Assembly: GCA_026023565.1 (NCBI GenBank)
Contig: JAPETS010000007.1
Span: 806,001 to 870,000 of the forward strand
Length of the DNA: 64,000 bases
Source: Cirrosporium novae-zelandiae
Lineage: Eukaryota
Direction of reading: 5' to 3'
Shown here one piece after another: positions 46,773 to 59,819 of the stretch. The position numbers and the translations under genes were made by a program. Within the stretch, counting starts at the first letter, position 1; every line of letters starts with the position of its first letter. The notes under the pieces were generated by a model. That model ran no database searches, had not been told where the DNA came from, and worked only from the letters and a program-made list of their open reading frames with translations.

Positions 46773-47303
46773 CTAACCACACACAACATCCGTAATATTA
46801 TAATCCCCAGTAACGCCCGTAAGCGGGGACGTGGTATCACTAGCAAGCCAAGTCCCAACCCAAGGGGTAAGAACCTCCTCGAGATACTCAAGAGAGCGAC
46901 CATCGGCTTCGTCTTCGTAGAAGAATACATCAAAGGGGGCTTTGGTTGTGTTGGCCCAGTTGCAGTAGTCCTATTTTTTTTATTAGGATGGGGTTAGGTT
47001 TTTGGGGGGGCTTAGAGAACTTGAGGGGGTAGGAAAGAAAGGAGGGGGGACGTACGGAGTTGAAGCTAGAGCCATCGGTTGAGTTTGCCCATTTTATGGC
47101 GATTTCTAAGGTGGGGTCGGGTTAGTGGAAGGTGGAATGTTGGTTCTTGGAGGGAGGAGAGGAGGCGTACTATAGAGAATGAACTCGCCTGGATCGGAGG
47201 GGTTCGTGAGGGTGGATTCGAGGTCGACGGTGCAGCCGGTATCCCTCTTGTTGAGGGCCGCTGCTGCAGCGAGAGAGGCGAAGAGAGTGGCGAGGAAAAG
47301 CAT
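46773..47303 (-). CDS. Small secreted protein (126 aa, 3 exons), effector-like orphan
   Basis: Exons 47303-47171, 47105-47056 and 46970-46773 splice in frame via GT-AG. Signal peptide MLFLATLFASLAAAAA, Kex2 site NKR, 3 Cys, ends DVVCG*. Confidence 0.75.
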
Positions 47304-48296
47304 TTTCAGATTTTATGAGATTTAATAAATAGCAAAATTGCTATAATATGGAGTTGGATCTTGGGGATTCTGCGTGAGTACAGTTATGGTGGAGATGCAT
47401 GCTTTTATACACAAGTCTGCGGAATATAATCCGGTGCGGGACAGTAAGACAGAGAAGGCCTAATTACATTCGAGACCTAGTCCCACCTTCGGCCCCCCAT
47501 CCAAGATCCCGTCCTAGGATTTCTCATGAATCATGATTATTTGATTGTTAGTAAAAGAAAAGGAAAAGATGTGAACAAAATGCCGTTAAAATTTAGTTTA
47601 AAAGCCATGAAGAAACAACCTTCCAAACAAGATTATACGTAGGCCTGTCAGGATGCGACGGGCCGTGTGGTAGCCTGCAAGGAGTAAAAAGGCAACGCTG
47701 CAAGGTGTTGACCAATCGCTGTAACTCTCAGGAACCAAACTAAGCCGGCGGGTGTATAACGTTTCTTTTCGCACAAGGAACATGGGGCCAATGTGTCTGA
47801 TGCCCTGGAATTAACTGGTGGATGGAAACATGGAAAATGGCATAGAATGGTAGAGGGTGACGCGTCCAAAGGGTGTAACAGCTGAAAAGGGCTTGAAGAA
47901 AAGCATGAATGTTCAAATACAATATTGGTCCTGGCATCGAAGGATTCTCAAGGCAGATTTTGTATGGAGGTGGAGGAAGTAGTCTGGCTCGGTAAGGTCA
48001 AGAAGCTTAACTCGAACCGGAGTTTCCCCGTGGTAGCCCATCCCCACTTCTCATCAAAGACACAGATCCCTGAACAAAACTCCAGCTTGAACTTGTTCGT
48101 TATGGCTGGAGTTGGTTGTTGAGACTAGAGGATTGAAAAACGGTTACTCGAGTAGTTACTGGGGGAAAGTTTATGTCAACAAAAACAAATCAAAATGCCA
48201 TTTGTTTTGCTCTAGCCTGATTTCGACAAGTATGATAGCCCTAGCCCTAAGCTAACATCTGTCCCATAACCCCATGCATCTAGAAAGAGACATTCT

Positions 48297-51200
48297 TCAG
48301 ACAATATCCTCCATCAAGTCTTCCTTTGCCCAGAATTTTTCCCAAGCTTTCTTCCACTTCGTCTCCTTTAGTTCTTTCAACCAGTCCGAAAACTTTGTTT
48401 TTTCTTCTCCAATTGTCATGTACCCATGCTTTATTCCTTTCCAACCGTCCACTGGTCCCTTGATATACTTGTGGTTGAGACCGCAGTATGTCTGCCAATG
48501 CGTAAAGGGTTCTCCCCTATTGCGTGACTGACATTTCTGATAGCACTCTTCGCATAGATCGCAGTTGGCGCAAATGAAACAAAGATATATTGGTCCATTC
48601 TGCCATCCATGGAAACGACGCCCACATTCTCCAGAGCAGGTGAATTCACTGTTAGAATCGATATCTTGTGCACTAGAACAAGGCGAGCCATCTTCACTAC
48701 TTTCGCGCTTAACATTGCGGTCGATGATCGAAAATTGTGCCGAATAAGCTATTTGCGCTTCCTTCTCCAGCCCCCCTACAGTGGCCAGAACTTTTGCAAG
48801 CAAACAAACACCACTTTGGTTGTCCCATCCTCCGGTATCGGCTAGTGAATCCATACAGGAACGGAAGGCTTTATCCAGAATCTCCTGGAACTCATACGTC
48901 GGACCCAGCTTTCGTGCCATGTTTGCCAAAACCACAGCCGAGTTAGAATGGAAGGTATCTCCCTCGTCAATAACATCTCCTTGGATTTGTTTACCCATGT
49001 TCTTTAGTTCGTCCAAAAGTATTGCTTTGTCTTTGGGGTTTGTCGCCGATCGAAACTCCTGGTAGATGATGTCCGAGAGATCCAGTCTAGCATCAGATAG
49101 AACTTCAAGTTCTTCTTCGCCAGTTGAAGAATCTATGAAGGTGTTGCTGTTGAGAATCTGGTAGTACGATTTCTTGGCCATTTTATAGTCAACCGACACG
49201 GTCTGATAGTAATTTGCGAGGTGCCATCGCGCTCCCGAGGAAGTCTTTAAGTGATCAAGATATGCTATAATTTCCGTATACGCTTTGAGCATGAAGGCTT
49301 CCTTGCCACTGAATTTTGCTGCTTTTTTAAATCGCTGGTGCGCCTCCCAGCACTCGTCGGAATTTAACCATGCCATGCGTTCCCAAAGCGTCCAGCCCTC
49401 TAGACATGTCATCAGTTCGCTGTAGTCATTCTTCTTCTCAAGGATCATTGTTATTTGATCAAGAACATCTCCTTTCATAATATTTCTCGGACAAATGGTC
49501 CGGGCCTCTTCGTATGATTTGACTGCCTCATCCATTTTGTTTAGGTCCCGTGCACAGTTGGCTCGAATAATGAGAGCCTCCTGTATCTCCAATGCCATTT
49601 CCTTTGAGACCGGTTCTTTTTCATTTTGAGGCCGTATCGAAAGAGCATCGTTAATCGTGGCATAAACTTTTTTATTGCATGCCCTCCTATCATCTTCTGA
49701 TAATGTGGAAGTACGCGCAAGAACTACCAATATATGGAAACTATTAGGCTCAGAGTTACATTTCTCTAGAGCTCTTTGACATTCACGGACGGCCTCATTA
49801 TAGTGTCTATAATATTCCAAGGTCAACGCGATCGCTAGGTGTGCGATGTCGTCCTTTTCAACATCTGTAAAAGCGTTGGCAATTATTCCGATGGTCTCTG
49901 CGCTGGGACTTGTGAGTTGATTTGCTGGAAGTACTGGAATGAGGTCTGTCTATATGGTCTTAGCTTGCTATGAAGACTGGGGCTGTGAAATCATACCATG
50001 AGTAAAGCAGCGGTTGCGAATTTATAAGAAGAGTGATAGGTGTTCAATTTCTGGAACCAATTCGAAACGTGGCCCTTTGCCAAATGCCTCATAACTCGCA
50101 ACGGAGAATCAATGACCTCTTTTACCCATACCGCAGTATCGTCATCGAGGGTTTTTTCTGTGAGTAGTGAAGCTCGTTGTGCAATTTTTGATACGGCATC
50201 AAGGAAGGCGTTATGCCGATCTGTGGTGAGACCAAACATGTCCGAGTACGACACTCCCATTTCAAGTATCTTCGATACGTTGTTATCATTTTTCAATATT
50301 GGCGCTAGCTCCTGAGAGACTTGAACAATATCCTCTTCAGATGCGGTATCCACATTGATCTTACGAAGATGATGGATAAGGTGTTTAGCTGCAGCCACTC
50401 GAACGCGATTAGCTGTTACCCGCCCATCTCTTTGGTAAGTACCGCAAATAATACTGGACATCATTTTGAAAATAATAACATAAGATGGCGCTGGAGGAGT
50501 TCTCAGTCCGGCCTCTTCGACATCAATCGTGCGGAGGTAGTGTTTTAAAGATCGCTCGTGAAATCGTAACAGTGCAGATTTATCGTTATTAACTATTTTC
50601 AAAATTTTCTGTTGGTCTTCACTGCCTTTCTCATCCTCAGTTCCTTCCTTATCTTCTTTGTCGTCAAGGGGCCGAGCAATCTCCAAAATTCTAGCAGATT
50701 TCCCTTCAATTTCATCTTCAATGCGGAAGGATGCATCCTGGCCTACAAGTACTACAAGTTCTGCTGTTTCTTCTAGAGTTAAAGGCCGTTCCGAGAATGC
50801 CAACCAAGCGAAGACCCGTTTCAATGTTTGAGATTTCTCTGCTGTCCTATGTTGCTGGACTTCACTTAACATGAGAGTATAGAGTGACTGGAGGTTATCG
50901 GGTGAATTGTGCTCCAGCTCTTTCAGGACTGCCCCTTCACCACCAGTTGGGTTATATTTTTGTAGCATGTGCTCGACGTATAAGATGCCTAATCAGAATG
51001 GCTATTAGCTTCTTTACGGCTGGGAATTTCCAACCCCTGGGTTCGGGGACGATTGGCTTACTATCCGCGTTCTGAAGCAATTTGGTAAGAATCTCCTCTT
51101 AGTTTGCCTATGAAATTTGTGTAGCTTTGGTAAGTCCCTCAACCGAGCCTGGACCACTCGTCTCATATCAGGAGCTATATTTTCTTTATTGACCTCGATT

Positions 51201-51450
51201 GTTTGTAGTCCTAGATGATTGATGATGGACCTTGTGTCCGGTCGGCTCGTTGGTAGAACATGAAGTTAAGTTTCTCGGTTCGAATGGAATCGAGAAGCTC
51301 TATAAGCTTGCTTCTTCCATCTTCGGCAGCTTCATCAAGTCCATCGAGGATGAGATATAGATGCGAATTAGAATTATGCTTGAACTTGGACACAAAAAAG
51401 TTATTCTAAACAGAAGGCCAGCCATCCATATCTGTTTCTCCATCCTCACG
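48297..51450 (-). pseudogene. 5'-decayed NACHT NTPase / TPR-like / ZZ zinc-finger (NLR-like) gene
   Basis: Walker B LYLILDGLDEA, TSRP, WLAFSERPLTLEE, FHERSLKHYL, and C-terminal CSGECG…CFICANCDLCEECY…H. In-frame TAG at 51406-51408, apparent frameshifts near 51263 and 51093, and no Walker A visible upstream. Confidence 0.7.
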
Positions 51451-52254
51451 ACTTATTTTTACAGTCCCACAGCTTGAAGGTTTCCTGATCAAAAATCCAG
51501 GTACATGTGTCCGAGACGAAAGTATATTCAATTTCTCGAGACTGGTATCCTACATCCGCCTTACTTGAAAAGCATCGTTTCACTTGATCGATAAATTTGT
51601 ATAGAGAAGAGACATGTCGTGTGATGATAAAAATTCATAAAAATTCTAAGATGACTTGTTGCATTACAGAAAAATCATAAAATAGATATGCCCCTCTACA
51701 GTACAGTAAAGTATATAGGAGAGGGGAGATTCTCTAAAGAAAGAAAGAAAGGAAAGGAAAGAACGCGAAGGAGGTTTTATAGTTAATTATATAGACTATA
51801 GCTTATATAACTGTTTATATTAGTGAAGATGGATACAGTCCCTGGCAGAAATAATACATTGGAGATGATGGATGGTATTATTAACTAATTATGGTTAAAC
51901 GACTTGGTTGATTTTTGTCCTTCATGGGGTTTAAGGGCCGAAAGGTGGGGGGGGGAGGGGGGTCTCGGACCGAGAGAGTGTCGGAAGGTGGGTGGGTTGC
52001 CATGACATTTATTATCTACCTACTGGATTAGAATTAAAACCACACACCTATTCATTATTTATATATATATATGCAGAGAGAGGGGATTTATATATAGCAC
52101 GTCTCACAAATAACTCTTATGTATATCCATCGGATATGATTTTACCTTCATTTATTCACAATTTCTGCATCGTTGAACCACCATACAGTATTGACCCACT
52201 AGGTATCTTCGTGCTTTGAGAAAAAGACGAGCCACAATACCCATACCAAGCGTC

Positions 52255-54469
52255 CTATTTAACCTCTTCGCTCACCGGCAAGGTAATTGGGTCTGTTCCT
52301 TTCTTCTTCTCAATGCCAGATGTTGATTTCAATGAACGTTTGTCATAATGCTCGTAAATAACCTCGTCGATCGTCCTCATTTGTCTGCATCATGTGTAAG
52401 TCAATGCTTGTCATTAGTTCAATTTCTTTATTATCCAAGCTCAGAATTTGTTGTTGCATCCACATAACTATTGAATGTTCGATTGATTGTGAAGAAAGAA
52501 AAACCTACCTCGCTTTCTCTCTCCTCCACATGTACCTGACCATCAAGGCAGTGATGATTAGCATGACTGACAAACATGATACAGTGATAAATCCCTTTTG
52601 ATATTGTGGAGCATCTACTTGCTGCCATACAATCAGGGGAAGCCAGGCCTGTAGGACATAGGCCATTTCGTTCATACACGCTATGACAATGGCACGTTCT
52701 TCGTTGTCCGAGTTGCAAATTTCATGGGCCCAGCTAGGTAGTAGGAGATGATGTTAGCGAAATTGGAGGTAACATAAGAGTTTAAGAAAAGAAATTTGAA
52801 GAACATTCAAAAGAACTTACGCCATGCAAAGGCCGGAAAGTCCGTAGCCACCTCCGGAAAGGATGTAACATGTCCACCGCCAGCCCTCGGGGATATTCCA
52901 CGCGGCCAGGGAGACATAACAGAGAATGTTGATGCACTATAATAGGGGTTTCAGTCATTTATCTTGGTAAGCATGCTCGGCATAGGTACATACGGCGCCA
53001 AATATGATGGGTGGCCATCTCGCACCATTCAAGACCGCGTCCGAAACCCAGGCATATATGAACGTTGTGACAACCTGGACGGCATTGGTCGTGGTAGGGT
53101 AGGCATTGATTTGCGCTACCGTGTACTTGGGATCCTTGGAATCTTTAAGGAATTGTGCGAATATAGGGGTAGATCCTGTAGCTGCGTTGTTGAAGAGCCT
53201 GGTGGGACGTCAGTATTTAAATTTCCAATCTTGTGTGAAGGCGCTGGCGCATTTACACATATAGGAGACTTAGTAGATATATATGCCATGAACTGAAGAT
53301 TTTCTTGAACTTTGCCTTGGTATAGGGCTTGCGATTCTCACGACCTTCAAGTTCCATTCTTTTCTTGCCATAGGCTATCTCCTAGGGAAATAATGTTAGT
53401 TATTGTTACAACCTTAAATCATAAGCAATACACAGCACTAACCTCTTTCTTGAAATAGAATGCTCTGGAGATTTCTGGTAAATCCGGGAGCACGAAATAG
53501 CCGGCAAAAGCGATAGGCAAGGATATAACTCCGTCAATAATAAACAACCTTGCGAAATAATTCAGCGAGGTTCTAGTGATGTGACAAGAGACTCATGAAA
53601 ATACCATTGCCAACCTGCAAAGCCATTGTTTCCATCAAGACGGTACACGGCAGCCATTAGATATCCCGAAAACATGGTCGCAATACCACTACTAACATGA
53701 AAGATGCATGATCGTTTTGCTAGTTCGTCCCTTCTATACCAGGAGCCGATGATGTATTGCATGCCTGGATAAAAGGCACTTTCGGCAAGGCCTATTAGAA
53801 TAGATATTTGTTAGTAGTAGTCGGGGAGTCTTCGGACAAAGACAAATAAGAGCTTACCAACAAAAAACCGTACAACATAAATATGGGTTGCAGTCTTGCA
53901 TTGGCAAAGAAGCATGGTTAAAATGGACCAGACGATCTGCCCAATGTCAATTCCAGCTAAGATGCTCGTTGGGCTAAAGGTCTGAGGGCTACTCACCTCT
54001 ACTGATGGGATCCATAGTGAAGGACGGATCCGGGTAAGCAGCATATTACTCGGGATCTCCCCAATAACATAACCTACTGTCCAAGCAGTTGTCATATAGT
54101 TCAATTGATTGCCATAGAGATTGAGATCTTCTTTCCTACACAAACCTGTAAATCAAGGGACAAGACGGGTGTAGGGAAAACTTACATTCCAGATACGAAG
54201 GCGCTATTAATATTCGATTGGTCCAAATATTTGATGAAATACCCTGTCTCAAAGCATAAGTAGGTTAATGGATAACTTTTCTGCTGTGGTGTCATACCGA
54301 GAGATGCAAAAGTCAAAAGCGCCGTGTCAAGTTTGAATAGAAATTTGCGTTCCTCTGGGCTCTTGTCGAAGGTATCCCAAAGATAGCTTTGCCATTTCTT
54401 GTGAATCTCCTTCTTCACGACACTATCTTCCGAGGCTCTCTCTGTGTCACCAACGTCAATTTGAGCCAT
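52255..54469 (-). CDS. MFS transporter, anion:cation symporter/allantoate family (pantothenate transporter Liz1/Fen2-like), many introns
   Basis: [68 protein letters not shown] and WQQVDAPQY; ends …EEVK*. Confidence 0.88.
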
Positions 54470-55660
54470 TCTATATGCTTCAAAGTACCCAGGTAAGTGA
54501 GGATTGTCGGCCAATTGATAGGGTGTAGCAATCAGAATTAGAACTGCTATGGCATTATGAATATTGACAATTATTTATTAAGTATCGATTGCAGATACCG
54601 TGACAGGGATACGGTTAACGAATAATTGCCACACCATCCTAGGTGGTTGAAAGAGCGGGTACGCGTATGTAGAAATGTCAATACGTAGTATTGACGCTTC
54701 AAACCCAGCGATATAGATACATCTCCCAGCGTACTCTAGACCCGATAGGATGCTAGAAATGGTGGGGGCATAGAAAAAGAACCATCATGCAGATGAATCT
54801 CGAGCCCAGATTGCGTGCTCACATCCAGGACGGGTATGGAAACGTACCGAGGGCATGTCCCCGGCAATGAATATGATAACCTAGGAGCATGCGATAGATG
54901 TTAACGAGCAATTAATGTTTGATAACGTATTTTTAATTGATGGCCAGTTACTATCTTTGCAGCGCGCACATGGTAGGATGATAAAAACTAGGTTGTTGAA
55001 AGGCCATTGTTTGACGGAGCCCCTCTCCTAATCGCTATCGCCTCTTATGTAGCTTTGTGGATACCGTCGCTGGATGACACCACTAATGTATAGTAAAGAT
55101 GAGCATCTCAATGACATACATGAACTATTGTCGTTTCTGATATAGGAACGATTCTTAAGGTCCTCCATTCATATAGTAAATGGATGAACATAGGGCTTGC
55201 AAGCAATTTTATGAAATACTTAAATGTAGCTATGAATCGAGGTTGCTTCATGGGAGATGCTGGCTTAAGCATAATGCCCCAGGAATTAGACAATAGGTAA
55301 TCCAAAAGCCAATAAATAAACGGTTATATATAAGCAAGAACAAGCAAGACAAGACTCTGTAAAAATGGACCCAAGGGGCTTGGTAAGTCGGAGACATACC
55401 TCATGGAGGAAGCGGTCTCCGGAAGTTGATGTTGTTGAAATAATTTTCATGACGAAATACCTCATCTAAATGAACTATCACGCAATCCAGATTAATGGGT
55501 GTAGACCATTTATGCATAAGGCGAATAGACAGCCACCTCTGCGGGGAATTGAATTGGAGTTGGGTAGAGTTTCGGGGGAAGGTTTCGGAGTAGAGTTTCG
55601 GGGTAGATATTTAAGACACTTGATAGATAATCCAATCCACTGGGGTTAAATGGAGTTCAT

Positions 55661-55670
55661 ATGGCATCAT
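55661..55670. promoter_or_regulatory. CYS3/MetR-type sulfur-regulatory site (ATGRYRYCAT)
   Basis: ATGGCATCAT is an exact consensus match, about 500 bp upstream of the methionine permease. Confidence 0.45.
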
Positions 55671-56175
55671 TCAAGCCAAAATGAAGCTGATAGTAGACAC
55701 GAATTGCGTAAACCCAGATGGAATGGATTTACTGTGGTACTTGGTTGCTATGTACTTGTAGAATACCTAAATGGATACTGTGTGCCTATTGGTCCGAATG
55801 ATTGTTTATCGCTTACCTCATCATTGTTCATTTTCGGCATTTCAAAGCCCCGACAGCCTCCAACAGCTCCATCACCATTGATAGGAAGAATCTTACAAAG
55901 TCGAGACTCGAATTACTGTCATTACAGAATTATGTCGCTATTCATTCCAGTATCTCCCGCCATCCCATCCACCATGGCGTGCGAGCATAGAGCCTCTGTA
56001 TTACACGGCTGGGCCTTCCACGCTGCCCTCTGTAGTGTCAGTGCAATAGGACTCGAACTCGGGTTTAGGAGAACTGCTATTACGTCAATTTCTAATTCAT
56101 CTCCAGCTATCCTTTGGTGAAATAATTCTCAGAATTCTGTTGTTTCTTTGCAATATCTTATCTTTTTGTTTGGAA

Positions 56176-57917
56176 ATGGCAGATGAAGAACAAGCAAAAC
56201 CTTTGTTATCCTCGATCAAACAGACCCCAGAACCATCGGAGATCTCATCGATATATGGCTCCGTACATTCCAGAGGAGAGATCCTCAACGACAATCCGCT
56301 GAGATCTATCGAGGATGATGTTATTCCAGAAACAGCCACATATGGGAGAAATGTGACATGGGCGAGTGCCTATATTCTCGTCATATCTCGAATAATCGGC
56401 AGTGGAATATTTGCAATGCCCGGGGCTGTTGTGAAGTCGGTTGGCAGCGTGGGGATATCACTGATGGTATGGGCATTAGGCGCAATTATTGCTGCTTGTG
56501 AAGCCATGGTAACTCTGGAATATGGTTGCATGCTCCCTCGATCAGGCGGAGACAAGGTCTATCTCGAATTCACCTATCGCCATCCACGATATCTGGCTTC
56601 TACTATGGTAGCTATTAAAGCTGTACTTCTAGGATTCACCGCAAGTAACTGCATCGTCTTTGGGAAATATACACTTTTTGCTTTAGATGGTGAGTCAACA
56701 GATGCAGCACAGAAGCTTTTAGCAGTGGGTCTTCTTACCTTTATCACGATTATCCATGGCTGCTTTCTCAGGACTGGCATATTAATTCAAAATGCTCTTG
56801 GCTGGATCAAGGTTGTTCTGATAATATTTGTCGCTTTGACCGGTCTCTATGTTCTCATCTTCCGACCTCAAAACACATACGGGCCAACACCAAGTGCTGA
56901 TGTCCTTTCCTGGAATGAACTCTGGAGAGATTCTAGGTGGGGCTGGGGTATTTTATCCACTTCTATTTTCAAGGTTTCTTATTCCTATGCTGGATTATCT
57001 AATGTTAATAATGTCCTCAACGAGGTCAAGAATCCTGTCAGGACGTTGAAGTCGATTGTTCCAACGGCTTTGCTTACAGCTTGTATTTTGTACCTTCTGG
57101 TTAACCTGGCATACTTTGTCGTCGTCCCATTGAATGATATCAAGGAGAGTGGAGAACTTATCTCTGCTCTATTTTTCTCGCGAGTCTTTGGACCTGGCTT
57201 CGGAGATAAACTTCTACCTCTTGCAATTGCGATTTCCGCTGCTGGAAACGTTATGGTCGTTACATTTACCTTGGTATGTGCTCTCTATTCGCATTTATTG
57301 ATTGTTGCTAATACGAGATAGGCGCGTGTAAATCAAGAGATTGCGCGACAAGGATTTCTGCCATGGGCTCGCATTCTTTCCTCGTCGTTACCATTCAATG
57401 CTCCACTTGGGGGGCTCATTGTACATTATATTCCGTCTGTGTTGGTCATAGTTTTCCCTCCTTCAGCTGACGTCTATGCATTCATTGCCGATGTTGAGGG
57501 CTATCCTGGTCAATTCTTTGCACTAGCTACCGCTGTCGGCTTAATATGGCTCAGATATAAAAGACCAGATCTGCACCGACCGTTTAAAGCTTGGTTGCCT
57601 GCTGTGTGGCTAAGAATTGCTATTTGCATCACTTTGATCGTAGCTCCCTTCTTCCCTCCAGCCGATGGGGTAGGGGATGTCAGTTTCTTCTATGCAACCT
57701 ATGCAATCGTGGGTATCGGAATGTAAGTTGCTTGCTATGCCATTAACCTCGTCGTATTTATTAGACTGACAATCGCAGACTTGTTTTATCCGTCCTGTAT
57801 TGGTACGTCTGGATTATTGTCATTCCTAGGTGGAAGGGATATAGAATCGAAGATGAGGTGGAAGTACTTGAGGATGGTACAAGCAGAACGAGACTTGTTC
57901 ATATCAAGGAGGATTGA
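56176..57917 (+). CDS. APC-superfamily amino acid permease, methionine permease (MUP1/MUP3)-like
   Basis: IIGSGIFAMPG, EYGCMLPRSGGDKVYLE, SYAG…NEVKNP, ARVNQEIARQG and RPDLHRPFKAW. Introns at about 57274-57321 and 57723-57778. Confidence 0.88.
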
Positions 57918-58322
57918 TCTCTTGCCTTTGCTAGATTTGATATAGATAGGGTTTAGAATTTTGTAGGATTAAGATGTATGCTTGCAGAGGCATAGATTTC
58001 TTATGATAATCAACCTTGACTCCCTCCAGTTATTGTATTTCGGTAATAGCGGAGTTAGTATTTTCCCCAAGGATGATCCGTGTGACCTCGTTCTACCTCA
58101 TAATGATTACTATGTTACCATCGTCCACATTCCTCACGTCAGAAGCTCAACATTCCTCAAAAGTCAATATGAATTCATCTATTTTGCCGTTTGCTGTTGT
58201 AGGTAGTTTGGAATTTCTTTCAAACTCTCTTCAACTGGCTCTTTGTATCTCCCATCTACTTTTCTATAGGAAGAAATTACGAGTTAACTCACCCATAAGT
58301 AGAGTGACCTTGATCGAATACA

Positions 58323-59819
58323 ATGGATGTACATAACAAAGATGTGGCGGCGATTGCCGCTCATGTACGAGTATTCTACGACTGCAAAGAAAAGTTCCAT
58401 ATATATCATGGTTCGACGAACAGTACGCGGACTACTCAATTCGACCGCAAAAAGGTCATCGATACAAGCCGTCTTTCCCGAGTGCTGAAGGTAGACCACT
58501 ACAACAAAACTGTCCTGGTTGAGCCGAATGTGCCTATGGATCGCCTTGTGGAGAAAACAATGAAACATGGATTAATCCCACCTGTTGTCATGGAGTTCCC
58601 TGGCATTACGGTCGGAGGAGGCTTCGCTGGCACGGCGGGGGAGAGCAGTTCCTTCAAGTATGGATTCTTCCACTGCACAATCAACTGGATTGAGATGGTA
58701 CTTGCCAATGGCGACATTGTCACAGCTTCGAATACAGAGAGAAGCGACCTTTTCCACGGGGCAGCAGGTTCCTTTGGGACTATGGGCGTTACCACGTTGC
58801 TAGAGCTGAAGTTGATTGAAGCACAACCATTCGTGAAATTAACGTACCACCCAATACTTAGTGTAGAAGAAGGCATTCAAAAGATCGAAGAAGCAAGGGC
58901 AGACTCTTCCACTGATTATATTGACGGAATCCTCTTCGGCTATGATGTCGGGGTAATAATCACAGGCCGGCTAACAGATAAAACTCCAATAGAAAATCAA
59001 ATGCAGCGCTTCAGCCGTGCCAAGGACCCCTGGTTCTACCTACACGTAAAGAAGAACCTCGCGAGACACCACTACACATCATGGACAGAAGCCGTTCCAC
59101 TAAAGGATTACCTATTTCGCTACGACCGCGGCGGCTTCTGGACAGGCGCCCTCGCCTTCAAGTACTTCCTAACGCCCTTCAACCGCATCACTCGCTGGCT
59201 CCTAGATCCGCTCATGCATACTCGGGTCATGTACCACGCTCTGCACAAAAGCGGCCTCTCAGACAGCTACATAATCCAAGACCTAGCAGTTCCTTACTCC
59301 GCCGCCCCCGATCTAATTTCCTACATCGACTCAACGCTAGACATCTACCCCCTGTGGCTCTGCCCCCTCCTCCAAATGGACAATAACAATAATAAAAACT
59401 TCTCCATGTACCCTCACACCCGTACTAACACCCCGCTCCTCAACATCGGCGTCTGGGGCCCCGGTTCTTCCACTCCCTTATCTCTCAAAACCATCAATCG
59501 CGACCTCGAGAAAGAGGTTTGCTTCCTAAGCGGCATAAAGTGGCTCTACGCCCAAACTTACTACACGGAAGCCGAATTCTGGGATATCTACGACCGCAAG
59601 TCGTATGATGCACTACGTGCTAAATATCATGCAACGTATTTGCCTAGCGTATTCGATAAGGTAAGGATGAAAGAGAATGAGGATGGAAAAGGGGATTCTT
59701 CATGGCGGAGTTGGGTTGTAGGGAACCTGAAGGAGGTTTGGCCGCTTAGGGGGTTGTGGGGGGTTTTGATGGCGGTGATGGGGGGTGAGTATCTTTTACG
59801 TGGGAAGAAAGACGCATAG
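58323..59819 (+). CDS. FAD-binding oxidoreductase, delta24-sterol reductase (DHCR24/DWF1)-like
   Basis: Intronless 498 aa. HGSTNSTR, VEPNVPMDRLV, PVVMEFPGITVGGG, ESSSFKYGFF, YLFRYDRGGFW, QDLAVP, PLWLCP, KWLYAQTYY. Confidence 0.85.
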   Translation: MDVHNKDVAAIAAHVRVFYDCKEKFHIYHGSTNSTRTTQFDRKKVIDTSRLSRVLKVDHYNKTVLVEPNVPMDRLVEKTMKHGLIPPVVMEFPGITVGGGFAGTAGESSSFKYGFFHCTINWIEMVLANGDIVTASNTERSDLFHGAAGSFGTMGVTTLLELKLIEAQPFVKLTYHPILSVEEGIQKIEEARADSSTDYIDGILFGYDVGVIITGRLTDKTPIENQMQRFSRAKDPWFYLHVKKNLARHHYTSWTEAVPLKDYLFRYDRGGFWTGALAFKYFLTPFNRITRWLLDPLMHTRVMYHALHKSGLSDSYIIQDLAVPYSAAPDLISYIDSTLDIYPLWLCPLLQMDNNNNKNFSMYPHTRTNTPLLNIGVWGPGSSTPLSLKTINRDLEKEVCFLSGIKWLYAQTYYTEAEFWDIYDRKSYDALRAKYHATYLPSVFDKVRMKENEDGKGDSSWRSWVVGNLKEVWPLRGLWGVLMAVMGGEYLLRGKKDA

